From: Tubiluchus corallicola
Lineage: Eukaryota; Animalia; Priapulida
Direction: 5' to 3'
DNA length: 64,000 bases
Assembly (NCBI GenBank): GCA_030141605.1
Contig: JAQGDQ010000240.1
Span: 233,879 to 297,878, forward strand
Below, piece by piece: positions 31,589-45,500 of this stretch. Under the pieces are notes generated by a model, which was given only the letters and a program-made list of their open reading frames with translations, did no database searches and was not told the DNA's origin. Each line of letters begins with the position of its first letter. The first letter of the stretch is position 1. The position numbers were made by a program, and so were the translations under genes.

Positions 31589-32632
31589 TTTCTGGAAACG
31601 TAACAAGAAAACATAAGATTATTCAAAAAAAAATTATCAATACTGATAATTACATGAAGAAAGTTGCACACCAAATCATAATGTGTTAGACCATTTAGGA
31701 CTGCCATTTTATTTCATCTAACCAGTTGTTCAATGTAACACATGATTCTGCAGCTCTCCCCCCCCCCCTTGTCACAAACACACACACACAAAGTGCCCAG
31801 TATACGTGGAAGTTAGACCTGTAAGCGTTACAGACGTTACATTACTACGTTTGTTCAAAGTGCCACTAACAAAGACTAGTGTATGAAATTTCACTTGTAG
31901 GTGCCCACGCGTTACCTTATACTAATTTGTTTACTGTTTTATTGCTTATTGTTTTACAGACTTGCAAAGCCAACAGTAAAAGTAGGCCTGTACTGCCTTT
32001 ATTTTGCAACAGATTACAAAACAGCATTAAAATGTATGTCAGGATAATTTTAATTTACCTTGATACTTGAAACATTTTGCCTATTTCAGTGGTGCTCAAA
32101 CTGCTCAGTGCAAGTTTTGTCAAAACTTTCTTCGGTAGTGGTTAAAAATTTACAGTAAGAAAGCTTCAAGTCAACATGAGGCTTAGTTATGGTCCGTCAG
32201 AAATACAATACAGGTATAATAATAATCCAAGCCTTAAACGCTAACCCTAATCTGTACATCGTAAGTATGATTAAGACCGTGAATAAAACTTTAAAATCAT
32301 TTATTTAAGTACTGCACAAAAATTATGTTAAGAAACTACCAAATCAATGAACATTTGATCTGTCAACAAGTTCAATCACAAGCATTAATGAACAAAGTAA
32401 TAACCACCATGATAAACTTGAAAGTCCAAAAAAACTAGCATGATTCAATTAATACGTTGTTAAGTGATTTGCTAAACTACCAAAGGTTAAAATTACCATG
32501 TACTTAGCTTAACTGGACAAGCACACTGATCAAGAGTTTTGAGAAGAGACCGCAACCCGATTCAACTCTAGGTCACTATAACTTTGTAAGATAAATTGTA
32601 AAGTAGACGAACGCAGCTGCAGTTGCATACGC

Positions 32633-32655
32633 AGCACGCGACCAATGCACGTGAC
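32633..32655 (-). promoter_or_regulatory. CLEAR-like E-box and CCAAT word in the likely cathepsin B promoter
   Basis: Minus-strand GTCACGTGC at 32647-32655, a variant GTCGCGTGC immediately adjacent, and CCAAT between them, in a locally CpG-richer patch upstream of a candidate first exon whose donor is at 32496. Confidence 0.4.
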
Positions 32656-33149
32656 ATGCTTCCACAAAAGTTGTTATCTTGAGAAAAAAATAGAAAGCAC
32701 TGACTAGAAGTACGGATCTTCTCTGCGACACCGCTACGGAACCGTATTTGCGCGTATTTCTGCATTTCTGGATCAATTACAGGAACGGATCCGCACTTTT
32801 TTGGCATACTTTATATTGCGACTTATTGTACAAGAAAAAAATATACTCTTCTATAGCGAGTTAGACGAAGATGCTTGAAATGATTACAGAGAAAACAAGG
32901 TAAGGATCAAAGTACAAAATAATATCGATCATTATTGTATCATCAGCATCTGGGGAACCACTGCAGTAGTTAATAACAAAGTTAACAATTCTTGAGATGT
33001 ATCCAAGCTGATGTTGATATATCTTTCATCACAACACTTGTAAAAAATTAATGTAAAATATAATAATATAATAAAAAGTGCACGATTGCTGTCCCTATTA
33101 TGTATAGCTCTTTTTTTCAATAATCTTATATGCATGTCTTAGCAGGTCA

Positions 33150-34678
33150 CCTTCCCTATCTAAGTTACAGCAGTTAAAATCAATCAGTTTAAAGGGGCCA
33201 TCCAGACGTATGTAAATCTATTGAAGAGCATGATAGTACCCTTCATTGTAGATGCCTATGTTTTTAATCCATGTATGCCACAAAAAGTTCTTTAGAGATT
33301 GGGTGGGTGTATGTTATAGTTCTTTATTAAAAAACAATTGTTTGCAGCAAGCAACCAATACATAAATTGGATCCTCTCACGAAATTATTTTGTTATAAAA
33401 TTATGCCATTTTGCACGAGGAGTCTCCTCGTTGCACAAATCAATTCCGTTTAAATGAACAGGCGCGCAATACGGCTTTTGCTTTATAAGCGGTCCTGTTA
33501 CCTTGATTGCATGCTCAACACTATGCACTCGTCCTAGCTCACCATGCAAGGTGAAGATATCTTTGTACTCGATCAACAAATCTTGCAATTTCTGCTTCTG
33601 CTTTTTATTTAGATTGGATAAATCAGTCTCCTTTATTTGCTTCAAATCACCTGCTTCCTCTACTGAAGCTTTATTTTCCTGCATAGACTCAACAGTAACC
33701 GCATTAGTAAGAGGCTCACAGTCACCAGACTGCAATCTTCCCAGCACGGGAGCCGACTGCAACACAACAGGGTGTTTTGTGGAATTCATCAAACGTACTG
33801 GAATATTCTCTGAATAAGGATTAACACAGGCTCTAGCTAAAGCCAAACCTGGAACCCCCACAACTGCTGGTTCTAGAAACATTGTACGGCGAGTTACAAA
33901 CAGTCGACTACTTTTTGCCAAGATCATGGTCTCAGACGCTGGTGGCAAAACAACATTTTCTTGGCAAGTCATGATGGGCACTGGTACTCCGTTTCGAAAT
34001 GCTGTCACAGGTGCTCCTTCTGCAGTCACAGCACCATGCCCATGGTCAATGACAACATTAGCTGCTTGTAAGAAATCGATACCTAAAATTATAGCATCAT
34101 CACAATCTGCTACGATGAACTGAAGCTTGACATTCCTTGTATCAGATAGGAATTGTAATAACAGTAGTGTCATGCACTTTCAAACGAATGCTTTGATCCG
34201 CTGCTATTACATTTGTATAACATTTTCGTGCTAGAGGACCCCTTAATCCACATTTGAAACATTTCATGCAAGTTTCTGGTGTATGCCCTGGCTTTTTTCA
34301 GTGCTTGCAAACTATGCTAGACTGAAGTAGCTTTTCTTGATGGGCACTCATATTAAACTGACACCTTGCTGTAGGTTGCTGTCTCCATTCAACACTATTT
34401 TCTTGCTTATTAACTATATCTCTCGTAATTAGAACACTATTTAATTTCTTAATAGCTGCTTCGAGTGTATGAACGTCAGCTTCATAAAACTTTGTGCGCA
34501 GTTTTGATTTAAGACCCTCTATGAAACGTTGTGCGCAAAAACGGTCAATCACATTAGCATCAGTTATTTCGGGATTAGCTAATCTAAGAAAATAGCTAGG
34601 AATAGATTCACACATGTATAGCAACTGCAATAACAGCAATGACAGTAACAGGAACAGCAGCATTAACAAACCATACAC
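33150..34678 (-). mobile_element. Decayed, internally deleted Ty3/gypsy-type LTR retrotransposon (gag, zinc knuckles, protease, RT start, integrase tail)
   Basis: Gag-like ORF 34298-34678 (LRLANP...RFIEGLKSKLR...TLEAAIK). Two broken CCHC knuckles: CKH*KKPGHTPETC and CFKCGLRGPLARKC. Protease C-terminal motif AIILGIDFL. Pre-RT motif LNKKQKQKLQDLLIEYKDIF...LGRVHSVEHAIKVTGPLIKQKPY in ORF 33385-34173. Frameshifted W-x-GPFKLI (integrase GPY/F motif) near 33190. No LTR pair recognised. Confidence 0.85.
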
Positions 34679-36558
34679 CAGTTAGGGGGTCAGCATTCAC
34701 TATCAGAAAAATTGAAATCGAATCGAATTTTTGAATAAATTTTCTAATAATAAATAAAAAGTAGTCTCACAAAGACCATGTGTAGTAAAAATAATAATAA
34801 TGTGTTTAAAAACTGTGCAACGAAATCTTGCTATAGTGCTGATTACAAGCTTTGTCAATCATTTTAGTGATAAAATGACTCAAATATTCAATGCTCACCC
34901 CAACACCAATTATACAACAACAATCTGTAAACAAATTTCCTTAGTCAGCAAAACTGCAAATGAGTTGCCCTGATCCCTTTTTTATGATCACTTAGTTTCT
35001 GCTATTCAGTCTTCATAATTTAGAAGAAAGAGAAATGGGCTCAGTTTCGGAAATTAAGCTTTGTCAAGTCAACAACAACAACGTCGTTAACTTAGCCACA
35101 GTTTTTAGAAACCTGCCACTGGTCTATTTCAGACTTAAGTTTTCTATACAACATTCACCAATCCTGAGGAGAAGTTATAGGATTCTCTAGAAAACCGAAC
35201 AATGTCAACACAACAATCTCAATTAAATGCTTGAATAGAATAGAATTGTTAATGCCTGAAGCAATCTAACACTGAAATTGGTTGAGGCTCTATAGATAAA
35301 TGTCTTCACAATCAAGTTTTTGCTAAATTTGATTTGACAGGCCTCTGTGAATACACCTCAAGTTGATCATGCAAGATTTTATAATCTTTAATAATAACTG
35401 CTCGATCTCCATACAGCTGAGTGAGTGAATGAATAACTGTGAATATAATTCAGCTATACTTTAAATAAATATGGAACGCCACATTAACAATTTTATCATA
35501 AAAAATATTCTTATATTTCTCACTTATGGTCTTCTCACAATAAGAACATAGTCGTAGTTGTAGTACACTCACTACAAAAAGGTAGTAGTTATAAATGACG
35601 AAGACGATCTCAACGCAAGAAAAGCTCTCATTTTTGCGGGTTTTGTTTTTGTTTGGTTGCCACCTGCAACTTCTTTTCATGGTTACAGTTTTATACATTT
35701 GTATTATTACTAAACGTGCTTTGTTTCGTTGAAATGTGCCCGTGTATTGGATACTAGTGCCTAAAAAAGTGATAGCGAATGAAGGCGTTCTTCTTTTATT
35801 CGATGAATTGCCGTAGCACTGCTGCTTGCCAAGCCATGAGCCTAAGATAAAGTGAAATTTGATAATGTAGCAGGTATACAAAGAGATGGTGTATCACCTA
35901 ATAGTAGTGTTGTTTTAAACCAGAAACAATAAGTTGCAAGTGGATCATTCCGTTACAACAAATTGAACAAGTGTGGCATCAAGGTAGGCTTACTAACTTC
36001 ACTTCAGAAACTGGAAAAAAGTACAGGAATGACTTTTTGAATTAGCATAGAACTACTCCCGTAAACAATTAAACTACTATTTAAACGAGAATATTCCTAA
36101 TTATCTCGTACTACATCATAAAAGGACTGGTCGAAGAAAAGTGCAAAGAAGAAAGTCGTGGCTGCTCCCTGCAGATATTAGCTTCATAGACACGACTAGA
36201 TAAGCAAAATAATTTTTTGGTCAACAGGCCTGTGATATGAAAGACACATCTCCGAAACAGAATGTGTTTTCCCAAAGTACATTCATCTGTCAACCACAGA
36301 TTCACTGACTGATGCTGTTTCTCAGTAGAGTTGCTGTTTCTTAACTTTTTATGTACTTGCTGCTTTATCAGTTATGACAAGTGTGCACAGGTGATTGAGT
36401 CTTAACCAGCTTTATTGGTAATTCATACAAATTGGATTTTTTTAGGTCCGAACACAAAGAGAGAAGTCAGTTGGAACTACTCAGCTAAGCATTGTGGACA
36501 ATTTTTACATTATTTTTCTGAAATTTTTGCCATATGACTGTTTATTGACATAACAGGC

Positions 36559-39500
36559 ATGAGTAAAGCTAAATCTGCAAGTGAGTTTTTAGCAAAGATT
36601 TTCTGCATTTTTTAAACTGCATTTTAACTGTTGGTAATTCTTGTTGTTCAAAGTGTGCCCGAAAAGGATTAATTGAACTACCTAACTAACATTGTGATCG
36701 TCTTGAATCTATGACTGTTCCTCTTCGCTTGCTGTACAATGTGTTATTTTTCTAGTAAGGTTAAACTTTGTGCTGCATGAAGGCGATAGAGTAGTTATTA
36801 GACTGTATGAAGAGTTATTATTTGCGTATAAATTTACCTACTGGAAAGTCAACCTAACCAATAAAAACACTGCTTACTTAAGACATTTACTATGTATTTG
36901 ACAGTTACAGTGAGGTAGTGCAAATCAACATGACTATCAATAACAGTAAATTTTAGACAGTAAACCTTTTTAAAATTTATAATAGCTTTAGTGCAGGATC
37001 ATTATTTGTTTTCATATTTTTATTAACTTTTATCAGTGTTGTGGCTAGCGCTTGTCCATGGACACAGTTTTTTACCTTTTCTACCTTTAACCATCAGAGC
37101 TTTTTCAACCATGACTTGATTTAGTGCATGCGTGTGTACATGTGTGCTTTTCATTACTTTCTTACTGAAATATTTTTTTAGGTTTTTGTATTAAATTAAA
37201 CTAGACATTTACCCATTTTTTATAAATCACATAAAAACCATTAAAAGTGCTTTTCAAATTTGTTGAAAGTAACTTTGTACACTAAAACATTTAAAAACAC
37301 GTTTTTCTATATATAGTTGGCCAAAGACAATTGCATGACATTGCAAATGTTGAACTATGGTGTCCACTAACCACTTAAGGCGGCTTAGTTACTGTGAAAA
37401 TTTTTACCATGGCAATTTTGTTTTTCGTAGATGATTTTGAAGTCCCTCCACCAAATGCTGATCTAACGCCATGTAGAGTTTGTGGACGAACATTTGCACC
37501 CAGTACATTGGTGAGTTGTGTACACATTGTGTTAAAAACACCAGCTTGCAACTTTCGAAAACATTGCCGTGCTGTGCCGAAGTGCACATAAGGTTCTTGT
37601 GTTTATAGACAAATAATTCATGTAACGTTTCCAGATCTTTTAAAGCATCTTTGTGTCAGGCAAAGGATGTGAAATCATATTGGCTAAAAGTAGTGAAAAA
37701 TTTTGCTTTCTAGTGCTAGCATCGCTCTTTAACAACCGTAAACGTAATACAGAGATAAATCAATAGAATTATTTTGCCTAAAAAAGCAGAATAACTGTAC
37801 ACATGTTTCTGATTTCTACAAAAAAATAGTAAGGTCCTACCAGCAGTGAGGCTCTCCGTACTTAGGATAGCTGCAATACCAAAAATAACTCTCTAGTGAG
37901 AAGACACCAAAGTGTGATACTTTTTTGTATGTATAAACGGTCAAGAATCAAGCTGCTGCAGAATTATAACTTTGGAACTATAGTAGTTATACATAAACAT
38001 TCAGCTAAACACAGGAGAGCTAATTTGTGTGCTTTCAATTATTTGTACCAACCTTCAGCTGAGACTGCCTGGACAATCGCAAAGCACTGTTATTCAAATT
38101 GTTTATTTATAATGTTTGTTAAGCATGTCATTATGTGTTTCTGGTGAAAAACGGATAATTTTCCTTCACCTGTAACACATTTATTTTAAGCATTGTGCTT
38201 TTCTAATGTTATAACAAAGCACACACAAGATACGAAAGAAAATTTTGCCTAACAAGCAATATTATGTATCTTACCATCTTTTCTGTCTTACTTGGACGGA
38301 AACAGCTTGTTTGTCAAGCTAATGAATATTTTTGCATTTAGCATAGTGAAACTATTCATCTCACTACAAGTTAATAACATACACTTCAATTTTAACACAC
38401 TAAATGTATTTAACACCTACCAATTTACCATTGTTACAGATAAATACCATTCACAAAATCTGTCCAAACAACACATCTGTCCCAGACATGTGTCAAACAA
38501 TGTACGTGGGTGCATTGGCTGCTTATGCTCAATTTAGAATTTTTGTCTATGTTTCCAAGCAGCAGCTAATTTAATTAATAACAGCTAGTAAACTTAATCT
38601 TAATATTAAATTCTCCTCACAGCCTGTTACATTTGCATTACTTCAAGTACTGAAAATATTTGATTTCTTTGATTTATTTAGGTGTTTTCTGTCTGAAATA
38701 AATCTTCTTAAGCTAGGATCCAATAGCTTTGAGTTTTGACAATCCTTAGATGAAGTTTTTCCCAATCATGCTCTCTTATTCTCTGAAAAACTTTCCAACA
38801 TCTCAAACAAAAAAAATTGTAGGAGATTTGTCTAATGTCATGATAAAATACATGTGCAAATAAGAGCGATGAGAGTGTGGCGGTCATACAGCTTTTGTTA
38901 AATTTTTATTTTATGGTCAGTAATTTGTCCTGTTAGGTAAAGGCTGAGACCTAATATGCGTGCTCAGTGTAGACAACACTTTATTGAAGGAAATATGGAA
39001 TTGTTATTTTTCTATTATGTTGCCATTTTTATCCGTACTTTATGGTTTCATCGTCTTCTGCAGGTAAAACATGAGCCAATCTGCAAGAATGCAACAACAA
39101 AGAAAAGAAAAGTTTTTGATTCAGGAAAGATGCGAGCAATGGGTACTGAGATACCAGTCAACAAGACTATGCGACCTGGTCAGAAACCTAAACCCGAAAA
39201 GGTAAGCTAACATTATATTGTTGTTGTTATTCCATTTATTGGTGTTACCCCTCTATTTCATAATATAAATTCGCAATTTCAATTTCGAATGAGTTGATAT
39301 GAGTTGCTTAGGTAAAACCGCAGGAAAGTTCTTTGGATTGAATTAGTTGTTAATGGCAGCTTCATCAACATTATGTATATATGCTTGTTAATAAGTTTAG
39401 ATCTGGATTGAAATGGATTTTACGTTTGACTGAACACAAACAAATAGTTGAAGTAATGTGTTGTATGAGATACAGCTATGAAGTTGAGTTTTTCTGAACA

Positions 39501-42500
39501 TACAAACGAGCACCTAGCGTCTTTGATTGCCTGATGGCTTATGCGGAGCAAGTATTTGAAGATCAATAGCATCAAAACTCTAAAAATATCTGTATAGATG
39601 CTGTACATATACTGTATCAATAAGTGTTTCCTGTTCTACTTCTAAATTTCTGATGCACATATCTTGCTTAAACTACCTCATTATACAAAGTGCATTCTGT
39701 GATCCTATGTGTGTCTAATAAATAATGGAGTGATTAGATAGCTTCAATTCATCAAAGTAACACAAATAAAAATTGCTCAACACTGACGTCATTGCATTTG
39801 GCTTCCTCTACAATCATATTCTAGTACTATATTTGATCTACTGTTGTTCTAATTGATCTTGTTTGTGTCTGCTTTTCTGCTGTTACATTTGCATAATCTA
39901 TTGATTTCGGATTTGTACCATAATCTCTCTGCCCCAGGGATATTTATTTTTACCATTCGAATCTGTAATTGACATATTCTGTATGGAAACCATATTGCTA
40001 TACTGGCAGAAACATGGAAACGATGTGCAAAAATTTGTTCTAAGCCATGCCAGGCAACATTGATAACTAAAAACTGTTGAGCAACTTGTATAAAAACTAT
40101 GTTATAAGAATGAACTTTAAATTAGTTATAAAAATAAAAATGAAATAGTTAAGTGATCTAAAAAAGACACAATATTGTGACATCAAACTAATTTGCTTGT
40201 TAGTGTTTGATATGCCAGTCATTTTTTCACATAAAGGCTAACAAACAATCATCATTTTGTTTTATAATATCACGTGATTTTTGCCTCATACTAAAGATAG
40301 TAAAACTAAAGTGAGCAAATAAAGTAAGTGCTATTACTAAAGGTTGTTCAGGCCTATTAATTTGACTACATTTATACTTGCATGAATCTTAGAGATTCTT
40401 CTCTTTGTTATTTCAACATTTTCTCTGCTCAAACAGCAACCATTCATAGTCATTCTAGTTGTCACGAGAAAATTAAAAATCTGGCAACTTGTTGCTGATA
40501 ATATTAAAAGCAGTTTTCCTGGAAAATTAAAAAGTTATTATAACAAAAATGTTCGCATGAATATGTTTTGTGTTGAAAAAATGTTTCTCTAGTGTTTGAC
40601 TTTGTCAAACATTAGGTGCAATTATGCAGTATGAACGTATGAAAATTCCTCTTTGCATTATTTTTGCTCATCATTCCGGAATGTCTCTAGCACAAAGTAA
40701 GTACATACACCATCGGACAAAACTACATTTCGAAGCATGTGCATACTTTGGAACAAAATATTTAAATTTCCATTGAAATTTTTTCTAATGCCTAAATTGC
40801 AAAAGCAGGTATAGAGGTAACTGTTTAGTTATTCTACCAGACAACCCGAAGCATACATACTTATTTTGCTTTCCATCACTGAGTATGATTCATACATGTA
40901 GTCAATGTATCAATAGCTCAATATACATGATGCTGTAATTGTTTAGCATAATAGAATTTTAAAGTTCCAGCTTATTTGACTTCCTCAGATGTAAAATTTT
41001 TCGGGTTAATATACGGGTATTGCTTCAAATGCCTAAAGTTCAGGAAAAATAAACAAGGTTATGTTGTTGGTAGAATATACTTTAGTAAAACTTTAGAAAC
41101 AGCCACTTCAAAATCACTTCATTTCCGTAATCACTTACTTTGACTAGTTTGATGATATGACTGACCTAGAATTATAAAATCGTAAGGAGACCAAATGTGG
41201 TAAAAGCTCAAGAAATTTTGTTAATATTTACCATTGTACATTAAACTAGTCAATAAGTAGTTAAAAATTTCTTAAACTATGTGTAGGCCATCATAACTGT
41301 GAGAAATTGAAACAACTGTGATCTATACCATGCTGTACTTATCTAGCAAATTTTCATTCAGTTGTTTGAAGACCTTGAGCTTTTGCAGTCAGGAGTAGAC
41401 CGGCAGTTGTTACCAATTTTTTTAATATTTGCAAGTAGATTTAAATCATGAACCGTAAAATTTCACACGAACTAAGCCAAAGTGCACAAGCATTTTAAGG
41501 TCTTATAGAATAAAGTTTTGCTGGAAGCTGTGATCAATATTGTTGCACTACAGTCAAAAGAGTTTTTTTCAAAACAGCTAAATGAGGTTGCAGTTTTTAA
41601 TGGGTATACAATGGAAGGCAGATGGGCAGCAAGAGTACATGACTTTTGCACCTATCCTAATACAGTTACACTTATTTCAGCATGATAAATGTTTAGTAAA
41701 TATACCAAATTCAAACTGCGGCATATTCTAAATAGAATGATTATAAAGACTGTGTCTAAAACCATTCATTTTTGATGTTGTATATGTAGCGTCACATTAC
41801 TGATATGGCTTTCTAAAGTTAATTGTGACTTAGTTTGGCTACTTCTGTAGAAATTTAAGCATTCTGTATTAGAAAGCATATTAATTTTACAAAATTGGCC
41901 CAAAAACTATTGCAAGCATAGTACATATGATTATTTAGATTTGCACTTTTTTATACCAGTTATTTTACCTTAAGAAAGTTGTAGATAAATTTTGTATGTG
42001 TTCAAAATGCTTTAGTAAACCTGAATAACAATATTTTATACTTTTGCTAGCTACTTAACATAGTTAAGTGATACATTTAAAACTTCCTAACTTAAGAGTT
42101 GGTTTTGAATCATCATTGCACTTTTGTTGTTAACTTGTACTTTTTAGTTTAAAGTGTCAGTTGGTGACTATGTGAGCTTGTAAAGCTAAAATAGAAGTTT
42201 TTTAAACTTGCCTTGAAAATATTATTGTATGAGCATCATGAGACATTTCTCTACTGTCCTCCTCTATTACAAATAATTTTGTTGCATTGTGTTGCAGCCG
42301 AAACCATCACATTGGAGACAGGAACATGAGGAATTTATAGCAACGATACGAGCAGCAAAAACAGGAACTGCTCCTCCACCAAGTTCGATTCCTGCTGGTA
42401 AGTTTCCTTTTGCGCTGATAAAATCCGGTTCAGATTTTGTAGGAAGCTCAAAAAAATATGTAATAGTATTCCTGGAAAATCTTATTTTGCAGAGTATTGA

Positions 42501-45500
42501 GTGTTTATTTGTTTACTAGCATTAATAAAACATTTTAAGGAAATTTGCTGGAAAAAATGCACACTGAATTTTGCTGATTGTACTGCGTGAACTGAAGTGG
42601 TTGTTCTAGATTAGATTTGCTTTTCTAAAATGTGCTGTGATACTGCAAAAACTGAAACAACTTTTTTGTTTGTTGTGAAACCTGCTTGGGCAATGAGACT
42701 TGATCTGAGAATCTGATTTTAGAAGTTTGCAGTCTTATAAATAAATTGGAAGTCTCAAACAATTTTATCTTGTAAACTTACTCAACTTGCACAAACTCAT
42801 GTAACACTTGCAGGCAGGCTTTGCCTTAACGAGTATTAGACATTGCATTTTGGGATGTAAACATTAAACATGTGTACAACTTGCACAAAACTGTAAATAA
42901 TAAAACAAAACACAAATTGCAAACTATAAACAGAGATAAAGTGAAAGGAAACTGTGATATATTGTTTAGTAATTGTTAACTATGTCTTGAAAATATTTAC
43001 TTTGTGCTCCCACACCTCATTATTTTTGACCTAGAAAGCAAAAACCGTTAAGCAGTGTGACTTTTCACAGAAAATAAATACAGTGCACCTGCGTGTCTTC
43101 AATGATCACTGTTAGTGTGTACCTGTATTTTACTAGCAACAGATATTGATGCAGTGTTGCTAAGCAGTGCCGGCTTGTGTAATGCAGGCATTCACCACAA
43201 GTCTGGTTTTACATATACAGACTGGTTTGTTTTGCACTGACACAAAAGTTTATTCACTCCTAATCAATGCTTACAGTACTGGTAGTGCAGTACTGGTACT
43301 GTAGTGCAAACACATAGCTAAATAAAAAGTGGCTATCCATGGCTATTTTACTCAAACTATAAAAGCAGCAATGTGTTTGTGGGGGTGGGTAATTTTTTGC
43401 AAAGGGCTGTTACAAGCCACTGAAATCAGGTTTGATAAGTGCCAAAGAACAAATTAAATTGGCTGATTTGCCTCGTACTTGTGAAAAAAAATCTGGTGTG
43501 GTGTACTGTCATTGTGACATTGCCAGAGGCTAAAACCATCTTATTTGGGGAAAGGTGTCAATATAGCACTAATTGCTGTCGAGTGTGATTGATTTGTTTG
43601 TGTGGGAATTAGCCGTAGTATCCTTCTTCAGTTTTGAACAGCTGGGTGGGGTTACTGTGCGTGCTTAGCAACCAAACTTAAACAACTTTGAGCCTGTACA
43701 ATTATTGAGCTGGTGGCAATTTTATTTAGTCTATTCTGCCACTGCCATTTAACTAGCCTTGTTAGTGGAAGATATATTTTGTATACACATGCGAAAGTGG
43801 CTAAAAACTCTTCAATTGTCCAGCATCTCATCTTACAAGATATTTTTGATAAAAGATATGTTCCAGTCTCAACACAACCATCCACTTTAGATCCCAACTT
43901 GCAAAGTGCCAAAGCTTATAAAATTCCTTACGACAGTTTATAGAAAATAATCTTTTAAAATATATTTTAAGCTGTAAGATTTATTTAGTAGAGATAAAAG
44001 ATTTATAAAATTTAAAAAATTGTAAAAAGTAAAAATAGTAAAAATACTGCACATGCAGTTTGCTGAAGAACAGCAGCCAGAAACAAACATCCCATAAATC
44101 AATAAGCTTATTGACATTGTGTCTGAGTATGGTAATAAATGAATCATGTCTGCTAAATAATCCTAGGAATTACTGTCTGTCTTTGAGCTAATAGGCTTAT
44201 TACATTCTTTTTTCTAACTAGGATTCTGTAGCAAGAAATACATGATTATTTTCTCTGCACAAAATAAGCTCTTGTGGTTGCTGAGAATGCCTCCTGACTA
44301 CCCACATTGCTTTTGTTGCTTATGATTCATCTAATTGTATATGAATAAATAGTAGATCAGACTAGACCTTACCAGGGTCTTCTTGTGAAGCTTAACACTG
44401 TCTCTGCTGTAAGAATTTTCTATTAAATTAAAATAAACGAACTTATAAGTAGCAAGTGAGGCATGTTGAGAGTTTTTCTGCTTTATATCCATGTTCAAAA
44501 TGAAAATTTTGCTCTCGGAGTTATTTTTGAACTCCCTGTACATTTTACTCATTAAACAGTTGGATGTTCAGTGTAAAATTTTATAGCGTGGTGTGGTTAC
44601 CCTGAGGCAAAATTTTCTCGGCTGTAAACTTATGTGCAACAAAAGCTTGCATTTTTCTTTTGCTGTAATAGCCGTTTATATAAAGGATTTTCTCCATTAT
44701 GGCATTTGCCATGAATAATGATGTTAACCAGCTGGTTTTTAGTATTTATTCAGTTTGGTTTCGTTACCTAGGTTTATAGACTAGTAAAGTAGATATTCAC
44801 TGAGAAAAGCAGGGGGTCTGCTGAGTTTGCACACATGTAACAATGTTTTCCTAGCTGAGTTATACAGAAACTTACTGAAATGCTGTTTAAAGCTATTAGT
44901 ATTAAGTTACGACACCCTGTGTGAAATGGTTCCACCCAAAAAGAACAGAATCTGGGCTGCCATTGATCATGAATATTTTAAATTTCAGCTTAGAACCTCA
45001 GTTTATACCAACCCCAAGAGTTGTGTACTCTCTTCCTTGACATCCAGCCAAACTGAATGGCAGTTAAATATCGGTTTTACAGTGAAAATCGGTTTTAACA
45101 AATTTGGTTTAGTAAACTGCTTTACAGATGATTTTCCTACTTGTGAGCCTTAGGCCAAAGTCATCAGCGGCCCCCAAATTTGGGTCTATACTTATTGCAC
45201 AGGAGCCTTGTGGGTTTGAATTTATTATATAATGAAATACCCAGTGTACACTTGAAATAATGTTATACGCTGGCACACTGCATGACAAATTAGCTTCAGT
45301 GGGCCCTGTTAGATACTTGCGTACCCTAGCCCAAAGGCCTACTATCCCTATTGGTAAATCCGGTCCCGTTACAGATGGATTATGCAAAACATTGTTTTGA
45401 AATTTAAAAATACAGCAATTTGGTAGAATAGAATTCTACTAAAATTAAAATTAGCCTTAATGTTAATAAAGCACTAATAAGGCAAGTTTTCGATAAAGCA

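Noticed and set aside
32236-32252. Telomere-like CTAACCCTAA
   Set aside because: Fewer than two full units; not an array.
35450-35881. 143-aa minus-strand ORF upstream of ZC2HC1
   Set aside because: No domain signal and intron-like composition; it overlaps the probable promoter region.
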